Source of the DNA: an uncultured bacterium
GTDB taxonomy: Bacteria > Abyssobacteria > SURF-5
Assembly: GCA_964607485.1 (NCBI GenBank)
Contig: CAZSKP010000031.1
Coordinates: 1-34,161 of the forward strand
Direction of reading: 5' to 3'
Length of the DNA stretch: 34,161 bases
Shown here: positions 19,271 through 30,000 of the stretch, one piece after another
Position numbering within the stretch: the stretch's first letter is position 1
How the letters are laid out: the number at the start of each line of letters is the position of its first letter
Made by a program: the position numbers and the translations under genes
Notes under the pieces: model-generated
Seen by the model: only the letters and a program-made list of their open reading frames with translations
The model's database searches: none
What the model was told of the DNA's origin: nothing

Positions 19271-20815
19271 ATGCTGGAAAAAAAGATACCGATCGCGTTT
19301 TCAGAGGAACGAGAAGTCCTTGTTCACAAGGCTGGGAAGCCGGATCCCTGCGTCTTCGTCATTCTGGGGGCCGCCGGCGATCTATCCCGGCGCAAGTTGT
19401 TCCCATCGCTCTATCACCTGACGCTGGACGGAAAACTTCCCGACAATCTTGCCATCATCGGAGCCAGTGTTGAAGAACAGACTGAGGATGCGTTTCGAGC
19501 AATTCTGCGGGAATCTATAAGAGACTTTTCGAAGGAGCAATCGCTCGACGAGGAAGTCTGGGGGCAGCTCGCTTCAAGAATCCACTACGTTTCGGGAGAC
19601 TTCAAGGAACCCAAGACGTTTCAAGATTTGCGCACGCGTATCACCGACCTTGACAAAGAGTATGGAGCCTGCGGCAATCGGCTGTTCTTTTTCGCGATCC
19701 CGCCGAGCATCATCGAAGTCGTTCTGAGGCAATTGAAAGAGGCGGACCTGCTTTACTCAAGGGAATCCGAGGGAAATGCGTCGTGGGCTCGCGTCATCAT
19801 TGAAAAACCTTTCGGGTATGACCTCGATTCGGCACGACGGCTGAATCGCCTGGCGGCAGAGCATCTTGAAGAGAAGAATATTTTTCGGGTCGACCATTAT
19901 CTCGGGAAAGAAACGGTTCAAAACATTGTTGTCTTTCGGTTCGGCAACTCCATCTTTGAACCGATCTGGAACCGCAAATACATCGACCATATTCAGATAA
20001 CGGCGGCGGAAGAAATTGGAATCGAGGGGAGAGGTCCCTTCTACGATGAGACGGGAGTCATTCGGGACATCGTGCAAAATCATCTCCTGCAGATACTGGC
20101 GCTGTGCGCTATGGAGCCCCCCGTCTCCCTCAAGGCCGAGGACATACGCAACGAAAAGACGAAGGTTTTTCGGTCTCTGAGGCCTATCGTGGGTGAAACC
20201 GCCATCAGAGAGAACGTTGTGCTTGGCCAGTATAAAGGCTATCGAAACGAGCCGAAGGTCGCCCCGGATTCGCGAATGCCAACGTATGCGGCGCTGAAGG
20301 TGATGATTGACAATTGGCGCTGGCAGGGCGTGCCGTTCTATTTCCGCGCAGGGAAGCGGTTGTCCAAGCGCCTGACCGAAATCTCCGTTCATTTCCGGGA
20401 AATTCCCTTCTGCCTTTTCGGCGGAGAGGATGTCTGCAATATCCTTGACAACAATGTCCTTACCATAAGGATTCAACCAAGTGAAGGAATCACACTGAGT
20501 ATGCTGTGCAAGGTTCCGGGCGATGACCTTTCGGTGAACAACGTCCTCATGGATTTCAGTTATGCGAAGGTTTTCGACAAGAAAACGGCTCATGAAGCCT
20601 ATGAACGTTTGTTCCTGGACGCCACGCGAGGAGACCAGACGCTTTTCTCGCGCGCCGACGGAGTCGAACTGGAATGGTTGTTTGTCACGCCGATTCTGGA
20701 AGCATGGGAATCGAGCACGGAGGAACCGTTCTTCTATGAACCCGGAAGCGACGGACCGATTGAAGCAAGAGGAGTCCTCGTAGACTCCGGACACGCATGG
20801 AAAATTCTCACATGA
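19271..20815 (+). CDS. zwf: Glucose-6-phosphate 1-dehydrogenase
   Basis: 'GAAGDLSRRKL', 'IEKPFG', 'RVDHYLGKE', 'DIVQNHL', 'RWQGVPFY.R.GK'. Confidence 0.98.
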   Translation: MLEKKIPIAFSEEREVLVHKAGKPDPCVFVILGAAGDLSRRKLFPSLYHLTLDGKLPDNLAIIGASVEEQTEDAFRAILRESIRDFSKEQSLDEEVWGQLASRIHYVSGDFKEPKTFQDLRTRITDLDKEYGACGNRLFFFAIPPSIIEVVLRQLKEADLLYSRESEGNASWARVIIEKPFGYDLDSARRLNRLAAEHLEEKNIFRVDHYLGKETVQNIVVFRFGNSIFEPIWNRKYIDHIQITAAEEIGIEGRGPFYDETGVIRDIVQNHLLQILALCAMEPPVSLKAEDIRNEKTKVFRSLRPIVGETAIRENVVLGQYKGYRNEPKVAPDSRMPTYAALKVMIDNWRWQGVPFYFRAGKRLSKRLTEISVHFREIPFCLFGGEDVCNILDNNVLTIRIQPSEGITLSMLCKVPGDDLSVNNVLMDFSYAKVFDKKTAHEAYERLFLDATRGDQTLFSRADGVELEWLFVTPILEAWESSTEEPFFYEPGSDGPIEARGVLVDSGHAWKILT

Positions 20816-21525
20816 TGCCGGAAGACCTCATAATCGTTAATCGACATGGTGCCTTTGCTGAGATTGTGGCGGAGTGGGTTGCCGCGAAGATCGCCGAAAC
20901 GATCGCCTCTCGGCGACGCTGCACACTGGCGCTTGCGGGTGGTGAGACCCCGCGGCCGATTTACGAGTGTCTGGCACGACCCGATTCTAAGCAGAGAATC
21001 GAGTGGGGAAGATTGGAGTTCTACTTTGGAGACGAACGCTGTGTGTCCCCCACCGACCGCGACAGCAACTACCGGATGGCTTATGAGTCGCTCCTTGCAA
21101 AGGCGCCGGTTGCGCCGGAACAGGTCAACCGTATCGAGGCGGAACGCGGCGACCGCGACCAGGCGGCCGCCGAGTATGAGGCCAGGCTGCCCCAACGACT
21201 CGACCTGCTCATGCTGGGCATGGGGACAGACGGACACACCGCATCCCTGTTTCCGGGATCGCCTGCATTGGATGAGGAGAAACGGAGGGTTCTGGTCGTT
21301 AGCGGGCCCAAACCTCCCCTGTGGCGCATAACCATCACGCCTCCGGTCATTGCCGGCGCGCGGCAAATACTGGTCCTGATTTCCGGCAAGGAGAAGGCGC
21401 CAATGGTCGCCCAAGCGTTCCAGGAGCCTCGTAACCCCAAGAGGATACCCATACAGCTGGCGCTCCAAGGTACATGGATACTCGATGCGTCAGCCGCAGA
21501 AGAACTTGTGAGGTCCGGAAGATGA
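20812..21525 (+). CDS. pgl: 6-phosphogluconolactonase
   Basis: 'LAGGETP', 'FGDERCV', 'SNY', 'LLMLGMGTDGHTASLFP', 'RITIT'; start placed at the ATGA overlap with zwf. Confidence 0.96.
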   Translation: MMPEDLIIVNRHGAFAEIVAEWVAAKIAETIASRRRCTLALAGGETPRPIYECLARPDSKQRIEWGRLEFYFGDERCVSPTDRDSNYRMAYESLLAKAPVAPEQVNRIEAERGDRDQAAAEYEARLPQRLDLLMLGMGTDGHTASLFPGSPALDEEKRRVLVVSGPKPPLWRITITPPVIAGARQILVLISGKEKAPMVAQAFQEPRNPKRIPIQLALQGTWILDASAAEELVRSGR

Positions 21526-22505
21526 AAGTCATTGCCGGCGACATCGGAGGAACAAAGTCGCTCCTGGCCCTCATGGAGGTCCATCTGAATCAGGCCACGT
21601 ATCGCATAATCCATGAACATACGTTTGAGAGCAGGCGGTTTGACTCGCTTGCCGCGGTGGTGAAGGAGTTCCTTCAGGAGACCGGTTCGAAGGTGAAGAG
21701 GGCCTGTTTCGGAGTGCCATGCCCCGTGGTCGACGCGGAATGTGATACGACAAACCTGCCCTGGCATATACGAAGAAATGAACTGGCCGAGGAAAGCAAC
21801 ATCCCCAATACGAGTTTAATAAACGACTTCGAGGCAATCGGCTATGGCCTCGAGCTGCTCGGCCCCGAGGACCTGATCTCTTTGCAGGAAGGCACACCAA
21901 AGCCACGCGGGTCGATCGCTCTTCTTGGAGCGGGCACAGGGTTGGGGGAAGCCTTCCTCATATGGGAAGCAGAACGATACCGTGTGCATTCCTCGGAAGG
22001 CGGCCACGCCGACTTTGCCCCTCGAAACGACCCCGAGATCGACTTGCTCAAGTTTTTGCGGCAGCAGGAGCGCCACGTCTCATACGAGCGTGTGCTTTCA
22101 GGTGCCGGACTTGTTGAAATATACAATTACCTGGTGCAAACCGGGAGTGAACGGGAGAATCGGAAGATACGAGCCGAGGTGCAGGAACAGGACGGCGCGG
22201 CCGTTATCTCCATGCATGCGCTTGCGCGAACCGACGCGGCATGTGTGAGAGCACTCGACCTGTTTGCCGCCGTTTATGGAGCAGAAGCCGGAAACTTGGC
22301 CCTCAAGGTTTTGGCGCGGGGTGGAGTATATCTGGCCGGCGGCATTGCCCCCAAGATAATTGCCAAATTGCGTGACGGTGCCTTCATCGAGGCTTTTCGT
22401 GACAAGGGCCGACTCTCTTCCTTTGTTCAAGACGTGCCTGTCCGCGTGATCATGAATCCCAAGGTCGGGCTCTTGGGAGCGGCCCTGATAGCCGCGCGCT
22501 CATGA
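21522..22505 (+). CDS. glk: Glucokinase (Glk type)
   Basis: 'GDIGGT', 'TNLPW', 'INDFEA', 'GAGTGLG', 'SEGGH', 'GGVYLAGGIAPK'; ATGA overlap with pgl. Confidence 0.96.
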   Translation: MKVIAGDIGGTKSLLALMEVHLNQATYRIIHEHTFESRRFDSLAAVVKEFLQETGSKVKRACFGVPCPVVDAECDTTNLPWHIRRNELAEESNIPNTSLINDFEAIGYGLELLGPEDLISLQEGTPKPRGSIALLGAGTGLGEAFLIWEAERYRVHSSEGGHADFAPRNDPEIDLLKFLRQQERHVSYERVLSGAGLVEIYNYLVQTGSERENRKIRAEVQEQDGAAVISMHALARTDAACVRALDLFAAVYGAEAGNLALKVLARGGVYLAGGIAPKIIAKLRDGAFIEAFRDKGRLSSFVQDVPVRVIMNPKVGLLGAALIAARS

Positions 22506-22532
22506 GGAAACTGGGCGTGAGGGGAGACTGAT

Positions 22533-24548
22533 ATGACAGATGCCGATAAGTCGCTCGATCAACTCTGCATAGACACTCTTCGAATATTGGCTGTTGACAT
22601 GGTTCAGAAGGCCGAATCGGGACACCCCGGCCTCCCCATGGGAGCGGCGCCTATGGCCTATGTGCTCTGGAGAAGGCATCTGCGACATAATCCCAAAGAC
22701 CCGAACTGGCCCGACCGTGACCGGTTTGTTCTCTCCGCCGGACACGGAAGCGCGCTCCTCTATTGCCTGCTCCACCTGACTGGATACGATCTGACAATGG
22801 AAGACCTCAAAGCTTTTCGGCAATGGGGCAGCCGCACGCCCGGTCATCCGGAATACCGCGCGACCCCGGGAGTCGAAGCGACAACCGGTCCGCTCGGTCA
22901 GGGCACGGGAAACGCCGTAGGCATGGCGGTCGCCGAACGGATGCTCTCGCACCGATTCAATCGCCCCGGACACACGATCGTGGACCATCACACTTATGCA
23001 ATCGTCTCCGACGGAGATTTGATGGAAGGCGTTTCCTCGGAAGCGAGTTCCCTGGCGGGACACTTGAAGCTTGGCAAACTCATTTTCCTTTATGACTCGA
23101 ACGGAGTTACCCTCGATGGCGACTCATGCCTCGCGTTTTGCACTGAAGATGTGGCTCGTCGGTATGAAAGCTATGGATGGCAGGTTCTGCATGTTGAAAA
23201 AGGCGACACCGACACCGACGCGATCGACGCGGCGATTGAGGCGGCCAAGGAGGATACATCGCGTCCGTCTCTCATCGTGGTCAAGACGACGATCGGTTAT
23301 GGTTCACCCCACAAACAGGGAACCTCTGCCGCGCACGGCGCCCCGCTGGGAGTCGAAGAGGTGGCTTTGGTGAAAGAAAGGATGGGATGGGACCCGGAGA
23401 AATCTTTTGTTATTCCGGAACAGGCGCTGGGGCGCTTTCGGCAGGCGGCTCAAGGGGGCGAGTTTCAGGAGGACTGGCAGAAACGATTCGACCTCTATAG
23501 ACAGGCTCACCCCGACCTCGCCGAGGAGTGGGACCGGACAATATCGGGAGAGCTCCCGGAAGGCTGGGACGATGATATCCCACAGTGGAAGCCCGGTGAA
23601 TCGGTGGCAACACGCGAGGCTTCCGGGAAGGTCTTGAACGCAATTGCCAAACGCGTGCCGTGGTTTGTCGGGGGAGACGCGGACTTGTCTGAATCGACGA
23701 AGACAAGCATTGCGGGCGGCGGAGATTTTGACGGACAGTCAGGTGAAGGCAAGAATTTACACTTCGGAGTGCGGGAACATGCCATGGGCGCTATCGCCAA
23801 CGGTATGGCCTACCACGGCGGCGCGCGTCCGTTCGTAGCCACATTCTTTGTCTTCTCGGATTACATGCGCCCGGCAGTCCGCCTCGCTGCGTTGAGCGAA
23901 TTATCGGTAATCTTTATCTGGACTCACGATTCGATTGCGCTGGGTGAGGACGGACCGACACATCAACCCGTCGAACACCTCATATCGCTCCGGGCAATGC
24001 CGAACATGAGGGTTCTGCGTCCCGCCGACGCCGGCGAAACGGCCGAGGCCTACCGGTTCATAATGGAGCATCCGGAAGGTCCGGCGGCGCTGGTGTTGTC
24101 CCGGCAGAAGCTGCCCGTGATCGATAGGAAACGCTGCGCTTCCGCTTCCGGCCTGCGCAGGGGAGCATACATCCTTTCAGACCCGCCCGCCGGTGATCCA
24201 CGCGCGATCATTATCGCGACAGGCTCCGAAGTGCATCAAGCGCTCGAGGCAAAAGACTTGCTCGGCAAAGAAAACATACCCGTTCGGATTGTCTCCATGC
24301 CGTCTTGGGAGCTATTCGCCGCGCAAAGTCAGAGTTACCAAGAGGCGGTCCTGCCCCCTTCCATAGAGGCCCGAGTCTCTGTGGAAGCCGGCGTCACACT
24401 CGGCTGGAGCCGCTGGGTAGGAGAATCGGGAATATCCATTGGGATCGACCGTTTCGGCGCGTCCGCGCCCGGAAAAATCACTTTGGAAAAGCTCGGCATC
24501 ACCGCCGAAAATATCGCAAACACTCTCAGGAAGCTGCTGGGGAAATAA
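22533..24548 (+). CDS. tkt: Transketolase
   Basis: 'SGHPG', 'DRFVLSAGH', 'TTGPLGQG', TPP motif 'SDGDLMEG...N', 'FGVREHAM', 'GEDGPTHQP'. Confidence 0.98.
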   Translation: MTDADKSLDQLCIDTLRILAVDMVQKAESGHPGLPMGAAPMAYVLWRRHLRHNPKDPNWPDRDRFVLSAGHGSALLYCLLHLTGYDLTMEDLKAFRQWGSRTPGHPEYRATPGVEATTGPLGQGTGNAVGMAVAERMLSHRFNRPGHTIVDHHTYAIVSDGDLMEGVSSEASSLAGHLKLGKLIFLYDSNGVTLDGDSCLAFCTEDVARRYESYGWQVLHVEKGDTDTDAIDAAIEAAKEDTSRPSLIVVKTTIGYGSPHKQGTSAAHGAPLGVEEVALVKERMGWDPEKSFVIPEQALGRFRQAAQGGEFQEDWQKRFDLYRQAHPDLAEEWDRTISGELPEGWDDDIPQWKPGESVATREASGKVLNAIAKRVPWFVGGDADLSESTKTSIAGGGDFDGQSGEGKNLHFGVREHAMGAIANGMAYHGGARPFVATFFVFSDYMRPAVRLAALSELSVIFIWTHDSIALGEDGPTHQPVEHLISLRAMPNMRVLRPADAGETAEAYRFIMEHPEGPAALVLSRQKLPVIDRKRCASASGLRRGAYILSDPPAGDPRAIIIATGSEVHQALEAKDLLGKENIPVRIVSMPSWELFAAQSQSYQEAVLPPSIEARVSVEAGVTLGWSRWVGESGISIGIDRFGASAPGKITLEKLGITAENIANTLRKLLGK

Positions 24549-24623
24549 GAAAACAGTAGATTCTCGCCCTAATCTTCTTAAGTTGCAGGACCCGGCGTTG
24601 CCGGTCGGAAGGGGGTTGTCAGG

Positions 24624-26078
24624 ATGACAGAAAATAAGAAAAGGGATGGCGTCGCGCAGTTCGGGGTTATCGGGCTCGCTGTTATGGGGCGCAATCTTGC
24701 CCTAAACATCTCGGACCAAGGATACTCCATGGCAGTGTGGAATCTAGAGACTCAGGATATGGAACGGTTTGTGAGTGAAAACGCAGAGAGAAATTTTCTC
24801 GGCTGTAAGACTCTGGAGGAGTTAACTGGATCGCTCACCAAGCCCCGGAGAATCCTTATGATGATAAAGTCCGGTACTCCGGTGGACCAGACTATAGAGA
24901 AGCTGAAGCCTCTACTTGATGAGGGAGATATTCTGATAGATGGCGGCAACTCGTGGTTCAAGGATACGCAAAGGCGGGAAAAAGACCTTCGAGAAATGGG
25001 CATCAACTTTTTCGGAGTGGGGATTTCAGGTGGCGAAGAAGGGGCCCGTCACGGTCCCTCTATAATGCCGGGTGGCAATGAAGAAGCCTATGAGCATATT
25101 CGCCCAGTATTTGAGGCAATTGCGGCAAAGACAGATTCAGGCTCATGCGTTACCCATGTCGGACCGGATGGAGCCGGACATTTTGTAAAGATGGTTCACA
25201 ACGGCATCGAGTACGGCGATATGCAATTGATCGCCGAAATAGTAGATTTCCTGCGCCGGGTTCTTTGTCTTGAACCTATGGAACTGGCCGATATCTTTGC
25301 CGATTGGAATAACAGTCCCCTTGAGTCGTTTCTCATTGAACTGACTTCGAGGGTCTTCAGGGTGGTAGATGAGGAGACCGGAAAACCTCTCATTGACTTG
25401 ATAATGGATAAAGCCGAGCAAAAAGGTACGGGCAAATGGACAGCACAGGTCGCGCTGGACCTTGGAGTGCCAATACCAACCATCGCAGCGGCCATAGATG
25501 CCCGATTCATTTCCAGTAAGAAAGAGGAGAGAGTTGCAGCCAGTCGCGAAATCAAGGGGCCGAAAGTGAAGCCAAATGCGGGTGAGAGGAAAAAGCTTGT
25601 TGCGGCTGCTCACAAAGCTCTATATGCGGCTAAAATATGTACCTATGCCCAAGGCATGAGCCTTATTCAGACCGGATCCGAAGAATACGGATGGAGCATC
25701 AACTTAAAGGAAATGGCTCGAATTTGGAAAGGTGGCTGCATTATCAGAGCGCGCTTGCTTGATCCAATCATGCACGCTTATGAAAGCCGTCCGGATTTAA
25801 AGAATCTGCTTATCGACGATTATTTCAGACAACAGATTGAAGAGGCGCAAAAAGGATGGCGGAAAATCTTAAGAAAAAGCCAGAAAAAGGGAATCCCCGT
25901 CCCTGCTCTGGGCGCATCCCTGGCCTACTTCGACAGCTATCGAACGGCCAGACTGCCTCAGAACCTTACGCAGGCCGAGCGTGATGCCTTCGGATCCCAC
26001 ACTTATGAACGCATCGACCATCCGGAAAGGGGCTTTGTCCACACGGATTGGACAAACCCTAATGGTGAAAAAAAATAG
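24624..26078 (+). CDS. gnd: 6-phosphogluconate dehydrogenase, decarboxylating (long GndA type)
   Basis: 'GLAVMG', 'DGGNS', 'GISGGEEGA', 'GHFVKMVHNGIEY', 'QKGTGKW', 'GGCIIR', 'RDAFGSHTY'. Confidence 0.98.
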   Translation: MTENKKRDGVAQFGVIGLAVMGRNLALNISDQGYSMAVWNLETQDMERFVSENAERNFLGCKTLEELTGSLTKPRRILMMIKSGTPVDQTIEKLKPLLDEGDILIDGGNSWFKDTQRREKDLREMGINFFGVGISGGEEGARHGPSIMPGGNEEAYEHIRPVFEAIAAKTDSGSCVTHVGPDGAGHFVKMVHNGIEYGDMQLIAEIVDFLRRVLCLEPMELADIFADWNNSPLESFLIELTSRVFRVVDEETGKPLIDLIMDKAEQKGTGKWTAQVALDLGVPIPTIAAAIDARFISSKKEERVAASREIKGPKVKPNAGERKKLVAAAHKALYAAKICTYAQGMSLIQTGSEEYGWSINLKEMARIWKGGCIIRARLLDPIMHAYESRPDLKNLLIDDYFRQQIEEAQKGWRKILRKSQKKGIPVPALGASLAYFDSYRTARLPQNLTQAERDAFGSHTYERIDHPERGFVHTDWTNPNGEKK

Positions 26079-26220
26079 GCAATAAGTACGTTTATAAAAC
26101 ATGATTGGCAGAGGTGAAGGCCTCGCGATTTCGGGAATATGATTTTGAGCCGTCTCTTGCATTACTACCAAGTGAGGATGAAATCCTCCTAATGCCGTCG
26201 AATATGATTGATAATCTCCT

Positions 26221-26553
26221 ATGGCCAGAGTGGAAATTGATGACCCAAATACGTGGGTGGACGAATACGGCGATTATCTGTTTCGATATGCGCAGTTGAT
26301 GCTTCGAGATGCCGAGGGCGCCGAGGATGCCGTGCAGGAGACGTTTCTTGCCGTCCTCGCCGCCCGTAAGAGTTTTTCCGGTCGCTCTTCGACAAAGACC
26401 TGGCTGGTCGGAATCCTCAAACATAAGATCGCCGACCAGTTCCGCTTCCGGCAGTTCCAGCGGCCTTCTTCGCATTCTCCATCCCAGGCCCCCTCGTTTT
26501 CGGCGTTCATCAGCACGATTATAAGCAGCAGAACTGTAACACGCATTCCTTAG
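26221..26553 (+). pseudogene. Truncated ECF sigma-70 factor (region 2 only)
   Basis: 'WVDEYGDYLFRYA...AEDAVQETFL...FSGRSSTKTWLVGILKHKIADQFR', then unrelated low-complexity sequence; no region 4 HTH seen. Confidence 0.8.
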
Positions 26554-27047
26554 ACCCTCAATCGCGGGTGATTTGCGCAAGCATGAGAGAAGTCCGGGGG
26601 ATAAAGATTGAAACTTTCCGAAGGAATATCTCTTTCTCTATCTTGTATCCGATCAAGAACGAGAATGGATAAGCTGTCTTGACAGTTTGGGCCACAGTGA
26701 CATTCCCCATCCATTTGCTCTCCCAAGTCACGATGGGACGCCGGCCCGTCGGCGCATAAACTCCACTCCGCACGCCAGGGCAATCCGTTCTTCAAATGCC
26801 CATCTCTTGAAGGAGGCAGACTGCCTGAGGTTACACTTCGATTCTTGTTCTCCGAAGTAGTTCTTTGATCTTCGGATTGGTCAAGGGTCGTGATGACAAG
26901 CTTGACTCTCGCCTTCGTGCTGCGGGTTACGAATTTCGGACGAAAGACTCCTCAAAAGGACACAGCATCTCTCCTACTTGCCGGAGCTGTTTGTCACTAA
27001 GAGCGGAGTGGGGGATTTGATTGGCTCAATGCCGACACCAGTGAGCA

Positions 27048-30000
27048 TTACTGCTTCTGTGGAAGCAAAGCTCTAAGAGTGGGGACGAGGATCAGTGTGG
27101 CAACGGTTGATGAAATCAATCCTCCAATCACCGTTATCGCGAATGGCTGAAATATCCGCGAACCGACCGCCGGGTTCACAGCCACGGGGATCAGGGCGAA
27201 GATCGTAGTTGCAGCGGTCATCAGGATCGGTCGAAAACGGATTGATGCGGCAGTGAGCAATGCTTCGTGCAGTGCCTGGCCCGCAGACAGTTGGCGATTT
27301 GCATAGTCCAGCAGCACTATCGCATTGTTGACAGCTATACCTATGAGGGTGAGCGCGCCCATCGCAACGGAAACATCCAGGCCCACACGGGTGATTGCCA
27401 GCAGCACGATCGCTCCGACGAGAGCGAAGGGCACGGTCACCAGAATGATCGCTGGCTGGAGACAAGAACGGAACTGCACGGCCATGACCAGGTAGATCAG
27501 CATGATGGCTGCCAGTCCAACCAGAACAAAGTCCAAGACCGTCCGTTTCATCACTTGGTACTGGCCGGTGAAAGCGATGCTGTATCCAGTGGGCAGAGAG
27601 ACGGTCGAAAACTCATGGCGCAGTCTCTTCACGGCCGCAGCAATGCTCCCGTTCACCTCTGCTAGAACCGTGACTTCACGTTGACCATTGAGTCGAGTGA
27701 CGGCCGCGGGCATATGAGTAACATGAATGCCGGCGACCCGCCCCAGAGGAACCGTCTGGCCCGATGGAGTTGAAATGGAAAGTCCCTCCAACCACTCGAG
27801 CGTTGTGTCCGAAGGCGACTCAGTCTTGACCCAGACTTGCACTTGCTTCTGCTGCCTGATGATTGTCGTCGCCTGGACACCGAATCGAGCTGCCTGGATC
27901 GCTGCAAAGACATCGCTGGGGGAAATCCCGCAACGGGCCAGCTCGAGCGGATTGGGCCGGACGATGATCTGCGGGCTGTTGATCTTCGTGTTGTTGATGA
28001 TATTGGCCAAGGCAGGGTCGTCAGCCATGATCTTCTCAACCTGTGCCGCCAGCGACACCAGCTCCGCCATATCAGGGCCGAAGATCGTCACCCCGAACAT
28101 CGCCGGCAGGCCCGAAAGGCTTTCGTCCATCTTCTCCTGCGTAGGTTGGTGATACAGAAACGCCACACCGGGAATCTGCTTGTATCGTTCGCGCAGCCCA
28201 TCCATGATTTGGGCCAGCGTTCGCTTGCGGGCTGAACGAGGGGCAAGCTTGATTGTCAGCTCTCCGCGATTGACGCCTTCGATCTGGAATCCCTTTTCCG
28301 GCGAACCGGTTCGACGATACACGGTTTCAACATCGTCTTGGGCGAGGGCTTCGCGCTCGAGGATGTCGCCGATACGGCCGCTCTCGGCCAGCGACGTGCC
28401 CGGCGGCATGACGTACTCAATAAGAATGGCTCCCTCATCAATGGGCGGCAACACGCTGACCGGTCCCAGCCAGGCGGCAAGCCCGCCCAGGCACAGCGTC
28501 AGGCCCACTATCAGGAGGGTTAGGCCTCGGTGATTTAACGCGAAGCGAAGAACCCGCTGGAGACGACGGTCGAGCGACGTGAGCAACGCTGCGCCGATTG
28601 CGCGTCGTTCGCCAAGCGAGCCTACAGCGCCAAACATCGCAGGCACGAAGCTCAGAGAGATTATCAGTGATGCCAGCAGCGCAGCGCTGACGACCAGCCC
28701 GAAAGGCCGCACGAAGAGTCCGGCAATGCCTCCGAGAAGAACAAGTGGCGCGAAGGCTGCGATTGTCGTGAAAGTCCCCGAGACATCCGGACCGGCAATC
28801 TCGGCGGCACCCTCCAGACTGGCCGCCCCGCGCTCCCGGCCGGATTGAAGATGCCGGACAATGCTTTCGGCCACGACAATGGCGTCATCGACCACCATCC
28901 CTACCGCCAGCGTCAGCGCTGAAAGCGTGATGACGTTAAGCGTCTGGTCGAAGACCTGCATTAGTGCGAGTGCCGCGAGTAGCGTGATGGGGATTGCCGC
29001 GGCGACGATCAACGTTGCTCGAATCGTCCCCATAAAAAGGAAGAGCACAACCGCTACTAGAATTGCGCCGAGGATTAAGTCATGAAAGAGCGAGTCCCGC
29101 GCCTCGGTAATGATGTCAGCCTGGTCGTAGAACTTCCGAACCTGTGCGCCCGGCGGCAGGAGCGTCCCGAGCTCCGCCAGCTCCCGATCGACGCCATGGA
29201 CGACGGCGATCGTGCTGGCTGTGGGTTGTTTGCTCACGATGAATGCAACGGCCGGCTGGCCGTTGCCGTGGACCTCGTAATGTCGCGGCATCCGGCCGGA
29301 CCGGACTGAGGCAATGTCCCGCAGCAACACGGATCGCATGCTGTCGCCAACGACTGGCACCGTCTCGATATCTTCGATTGTCTGGAGCCTGCTGTCGCCT
29401 CGAATGAGATATTCCCTCGACCCACGCTCGATAAAGTCCGCTGCGACAGCCACGTTTTGCCCGGAGAGGGCGGACGTCACGTCGCCGATGGTCAAATGTT
29501 CCCGCGCCAGCGCGTCCGGATGGAGGGTTATGATAAAGGCCGGCTCCTCGCCACCCAGGACCTCTACGCGCGACACTCCTTCGACGCCCATCAACCGGCT
29601 GGCCACGTCGGTCTGCACGGTTGAGCGGAGTTCTATCGGGTCGCCTCCCCCATAGGCCACATAGCCGCTCACCTCCTGAAGGGTGGTGCCGATGTTTTCC
29701 AGGCGGGGAGTGACGCCGGCCGGCAGGTCGGGTTGTACGGATGAGAGCTCTGCTTGAACGAGCTGGCGCGCATCGGTCAGGCGGGTTCCCCATTCAAACT
29801 CGGCGGTGATCTGCGAGATGCCTTCGATACAGTCTGAGGAAACACGACGAATGCCGGGTATCGTGCGGATGCGATCCTCGATAGGGCGAGTGATGAACAA
29901 CTCCATGTCCTGAGCGGCTGCACCGGGATAGTGGCAGATGACATTCACCACCGGCACATCCAGACCGGGAAAAAGCCCCACGGGCAGGTGAAGCAGCGCG

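Noticed and set aside
19757-21767. Long minus-strand ORFs within zwf/pgl/glk
   Set aside because: Antisense shadows of conserved enzymes.
24588-24606. Small GC hairpin CCGGC-gtt-GCCGG between tkt and gnd as a terminator
   Set aside because: Short stem and no U-tract.
26795-27015. Possible further repeat copies (AATGCCCATCTCTTGAAGGAGGC near 26795; GAGATGC...TTTTGAGG on the minus strand near 26950-26975)
   Set aside because: Similarity is too short and weak to separate from chance by eye.
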